Positions 28,208 through 31,221 of a DNA stretch of 31,221 nucleotides are shown in pieces (within the stretch, counting starts at the first letter, position 1; each line of letters opens with the position of its first letter). The stretch is from Clostridia bacterium (GTDB taxonomy: Bacteria; Bacillota; Clostridia; Oscillospirales; Acutalibacteraceae), in contig CAAGGN010000124.1 of the NCBI GenBank assembly GCA_900769375.1, positions 1-31,221 on the forward strand. Direction: 5' to 3'. A program made the translations under genes and the position numbers. The notes under the pieces are model-generated. The model was not told the DNA's origin. It ran no database searches and saw only the letters and a list, made by a program, of their open reading frames with translations.

Positions 28208-28984
28208 ATGACCAAAGAAAAAAAGTTTCGTAAATTAAAGACAACTATTATCGTTCTTTCGGTCTTGTTAGCCATCAGCATCCTCGCTTTAACTTTTTTG
28301 ATTATAAAAAGGAAAACATATTTTACACCCGTGGACAGTATAGCTCCCGATAATATTATTTCCGAAGAAAGTTCTTTGAACGATAACGGTTCAGCCGATT
28401 CAGAGGAAAATTCATCAGAAAATAAAATCGGCCCCCACGTATCTTTACATCGATTTTCTCCCGAAGGGAAAGAGGAATTTACAGTTAAAAATATGTTGCC
28501 CGGTGACAGCGTTTCAAAGGAATACGAAATTGCGGTTTCCTTTAAAGACAGTATAGACCTTTGCTTTTGCGCTCCCATAAAAGAAGACGTGTTTTCGGTC
28601 GGCGACGTATTAAAATGCAGTGTTGCTATTAAGGATAGCGGTCAAATCCTATACGACGGACTTTTAAAGGATATGCCCTCTTGCCTTACATACCGTCTCT
28701 ATTCAAAGGAAGAAACGACTAAAACCGTAACCTACCTGATATCCGTTTATCTTGATACATCGGTAGGCAACGAATATATGAGCGGAAAACTTACCGCAGA
28801 TTTTAATTGGTGGGCAGAAAACAGAGAAAATCTCATTTCTCCCGAAACGGGCTTTTACGGAATCCCGCCCGTTTGGTATATCCTGATCGCATTAACCTCA
28901 TTTCTTGTGATAATTATTACCGTTATCAAAAGAAAGCGCGCAACCCTTGGTGATGAAAATGAGCAAAACATCCAAAAAACTTAA
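28208..28984 (+). CDS. TasA/CalY-like surface protein with sortase-type sorting signal
   Basis: N-terminal basic plus hydrophobic signal; NMLPGDSVSKEY and VGNEY...DFNWWAE shared with downstream paralogs; C-terminal SPETG + TM + KRKR. Confidence 0.72.
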   Translation: MTKEKKFRKLKTTIIVLSVLLAISILALTFLIIKRKTYFTPVDSIAPDNIISEESSLNDNGSADSEENSSENKIGPHVSLHRFSPEGKEEFTVKNMLPGDSVSKEYEIAVSFKDSIDLCFCAPIKEDVFSVGDVLKCSVAIKDSGQILYDGLLKDMPSCLTYRLYSKEETTKTVTYLISVYLDTSVGNEYMSGKLTADFNWWAENRENLISPETGFYGIPPVWYILIALTSFLVIIITVIKRKRATLGDENEQNIQKT

Positions 28985-29495
28985 AGCCGCGATAGCAACC
29001 GCTTTTACGCTGGGATTATGCCTTTTAATAACCACCGCCGCCATTGTTATGGTGGGGCTAAAAATAGAAAATAACGTTTTCGGTTTGGGCAAAGTGAATA
29101 TTGACCTTAACGGCGGAAACGCCGTTATTCAAAAAGAAGATTTTCTTTTTGAAGCGGGCGCCACCGTTAAAAAAGATTTTTACATAAAAAACAACAGCAC
29201 CTGTGCCGTTTACTATAAACTTTATTTTTCAGACGTTAAGGGTGACCTATCCGATTTCTTGGTAGTTACCATCCTTGACGGTAACAAAACCGTTATGAGC
29301 GGAAAAATGAATGACTTTACACGTGATACCGAAGCAGTTGATTCTTTACTATCAGAGGCCGAGGTTAAAAATCTTTCGATTGAGTTTCATTTACCTAAAA
29401 CTATCGGCAATATCGCCCAAGCGCGTTTTCTCACCTTTAACTTCTGCGCCGAAGCCGTTCAGGCGAAAAACAATCCTGAAAGGCGGTTTAAATGA
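28959..29495 (+). CDS. TasA/CalY-like secreted protein
   Basis: Signal peptide; NNVFGLGKVNIDL, LFEAGATVKKDFYIKNNS, IGN..Q...FNFCAEAVQ pattern. Confidence 0.72.
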   Translation: MSKTSKKLKAAIATAFTLGLCLLITTAAIVMVGLKIENNVFGLGKVNIDLNGGNAVIQKEDFLFEAGATVKKDFYIKNNSTCAVYYKLYFSDVKGDLSDFLVVTILDGNKTVMSGKMNDFTRDTEAVDSLLSEAEVKNLSIEFHLPKTIGNIAQARFLTFNFCAEAVQAKNNPERRFK

Positions 29496-29734
29496 TGTTC
29501 AAAAGATTAAAAAGAATCCTAAATTCAAAAAGCATCCCTGAAAGCCCATACCAATATTCACCGCCCAATAACACCGAAGGTTTCCTTTGCCATGCCGGGT
29601 GTGAACGGTGTGTTTGCTGCGGCCGACCTATTCCCGAAGGCGCTATGGTTTGCTCCGCCTGCACTACGCTCTGTGAAGAATACGATAACCCCGAACTGTA
29701 TGCGAGTTCGGGAAACAAAGAAAAAAAGGATTGA
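29492..29734 (+). CDS. Small Cys-rich zinc-ribbon protein
   Basis: CVCC-GRPIPEGAMV-CSAC (CxxC-x10-CxxC); overlaps the upstream stop and ends 4 bp before the peptidase gene. Confidence 0.68.
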   Translation: MMFKRLKRILNSKSIPESPYQYSPPNNTEGFLCHAGCERCVCCGRPIPEGAMVCSACTTLCEEYDNPELYASSGNKEKKD

Positions 29735-29738
29735 TTTT

Positions 29739-30443
29739 GTGAAAAAAGCACTCGCAACCCTTAAAAAAATTTTAACTGTTATTGTTGTGACCATTGCCGC
29801 GCTTATGACCGTGTTCACCGTGGTCTCATCTATCACCCTCGGTGGTGCGCAGCGAAGTTTGTTTGGTTATAACTTTTTCGTTTCGCTCTCTGATTCTATG
29901 AGTAAAACTGATTTCGATGCGGGAGATATCGTAATTTCCCGTCACGTTGACCCTTCCACCCTTAAAGAAGGCGATATCATCTCTTTTATTTCTCAAAATC
30001 CAGAAAATTTCGGAGAGACGGTAACTCATAAAATAAGAAGTGTTTCTGTTAACGATAAAGGCGAGCCCTGCTTTATTACTTACGGTACCACCACCGACAC
30101 GGATGATAAAACTCCCGTTTTGTACCGCTTTGTTCTGGGTAAATATTGCGGAAAGCTTTCAAAGGTTGGGTACTTTTTCGATTTTTTAAAGACTACAAAA
30201 GGATATATCGTATGCATCTTTATTCCTTTCTTATTCCTTATCGGTATTCAAGGATTGGATTGCGTGCGATTATTCCGTAAATATAAACAAGAAGAAACCG
30301 CTTTAATTAACAAGGAGCGGGAAGCACTTGAAAAGCAACAGGAAGAAAATAAACGGCTTCTTGAGGAATTGAATAACTTAAGAAACCGCTTCGTTGAAAA
30401 TGAGGATACCAAATTTGATAATACAGACCGACCAAGCATTTAA
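29739..30443 (+). CDS. sipW: SipW-type (S26B, Ser-His) signal peptidase I
   Basis: N-terminal TM, SLSDSM (Ser), AGDIV, LKEGDIISF, VTHKI (His), second TM and coiled-coil tail; GTG start after AAGGA. Confidence 0.85.
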   Translation: MKKALATLKKILTVIVVTIAALMTVFTVVSSITLGGAQRSLFGYNFFVSLSDSMSKTDFDAGDIVISRHVDPSTLKEGDIISFISQNPENFGETVTHKIRSVSVNDKGEPCFITYGTTTDTDDKTPVLYRFVLGKYCGKLSKVGYFFDFLKTTKGYIVCIFIPFLFLIGIQGLDCVRLFRKYKQEETALINKEREALEKQQEENKRLLEELNNLRNRFVENEDTKFDNTDRPSI

Positions 30444-30636
30444 CAGCATTATTTTAGTAATAGCAATTTTATTTATTTTAGCTATCGCAACAGGAATTAT
30501 TATCGGTTGCCAGAATTTCTCGCGCAAATTGCATTACATAAATACAGAAATCAAACGCACCAGAGGCGAAGAGCAAAAATATTGGAAACAGGAAAAAAGA
30601 CGACTTTTATTATCGGTTTTTCGCTTCAATAAATAA
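30400..30636 (+). CDS. Small single-TM hypothetical protein
   Basis: One hydrophobic helix plus a basic tail; fills the gap in the operon and overlaps the sipW end; start uncertain. Confidence 0.5.
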   Translation: MRIPNLIIQTDQAFNSIILVIAILFILAIATGIIIGCQNFSRKLHYINTEIKRTRGEEQKYWKQEKRRLLLSVFRFNK

Positions 30637-30707
30637 AATCATATATCAACTTGCAGCGCAAATTGATATAGATATATTAGTCAATAAACAATATGGAGGC
30701 CATTAAA

Positions 30708-31221
30708 ATGACTAACTCAAAAAACACCAGACGCGCATTACTTGGCGCAGTTCTCTCTTTGATTATCTGCGTTTCAATGCTCGTTGGTACCACATTCGCG
30801 TGGTTTACAGACACCGCCTCGACTGCTGTTAACTCAGTTCAGTCAGGTACACTTGATATTGAACTTCAATATCAGAAGGCAGACGGAAGCTGGGCAAATG
30901 CCGAAGGCATCACCCTTAGCTTCAAAAAGGCAGCCAACGCACCCGCGGATGAGCAGATTCTCTGGGAACCGGGTTGTACTTATGAACTCCCCGCAGTCAA
31001 AGTTGTTAATAAAGGTAATTTAGCCGTTAAATACGAAATCGCTATCAGCGGTATTGACGGCGACGCAAAATTAAACGAGGTTATCGACTGGACCTATAAC
31101 GGCGAAGCTGACCTCACCGCAGGCGGCAGTCTTTTGGCCAATGCCGAAAGCGCTCCCATTACCATCAAAGGTCACATGCAGGAAACCGCAGGTAACGAGT
31201 ATCAGAATCTTACCATCGACG
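30708..31221 (+). CDS. TasA-like protein with SipW-cognate signal peptide (runs off the window end)
   Basis: Absent from the ORF track because it is truncated. GGAGG RBS; MTNSKNTRRALLGAVLSLIICVSMLVGTTFA/WFTDT...NSVQSGTLDIEL...LWEPG...VVNKGNLAVKY...AGNEYQ. Confidence 0.88.
   Translation, partial: MTNSKNTRRALLGAVLSLIICVSMLVGTTFAWFTDTASTAVNSVQSGTLDIELQYQKADGSWANAEGITLSFKKAANAPADEQILWEPGCTYELPAVKVVNKGNLAVKYEIAISGIDGDAKLNEVIDWTYNGEADLTAGGSLLANAESAPITIKGHMQETAGNEYQNLTID

Noticed and set aside
29592..29738. N-terminal extension of the signal peptidase ORF (likewise 26866-26982 for the recombinase)
   Set aside because: The extensions overlap the zinc-ribbon gene or a terminator; RBS-supported starts are at 29739 and 26983
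30784..31023. 79-aa ORF in the track
   Set aside because: Out-of-frame shadow of the real TasA-like CDS starting at 30708

Overview
Bacterial chromosome segment, most likely a Clostridia-class (Oscillospirales-like) anaerobe, inferred from gene content, GGAGG ribosome-binding sites, sigma-A promoters and GTAG-type REP repeats. The core (about 0.9-26.9 kb) is mostly housekeeping and cell-envelope genes: MATE transporter, a stand-alone Wzd/Wze BY-kinase pair, nagB, rpiB, an RluA-family synthase, a GH2 glycosidase, TPP-riboswitch-controlled thiT, YfhO, an SGNH hydrolase, a MacB-like ABC fusion, DMT, tex, a two-gene SufC/SufBD (SMS-like) pair, an ABC exporter, a GT2 and rmlDBC. Both ends are unusual. 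(1) Right end, 26.98-31.2 kb: a tyrosine recombinase is followed by three 28-bp dif-like palindromic sites (two direct, one inverted) flanking a near-consensus promoter. The promoter currently faces an operon of three TasA/CalY-like proteins (one with an SPETG sortase-type anchor), a SipW-type signal peptidase and a zinc-ribbon protein. This is best read as a multi-state invertible promoter giving phase-variable expression of a probably wall-anchored fibre. (2) Left end, 1-830: two start-less copies of the same 29-codon gene 3' end, diverged mostly at synonymous sites, bracket a promoter-driven structured small-RNA candidate. This looks like an integration hotspot carrying a 253-bp mini-cassette. 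Product calls rest on motif recognition by eye; no searches were run.
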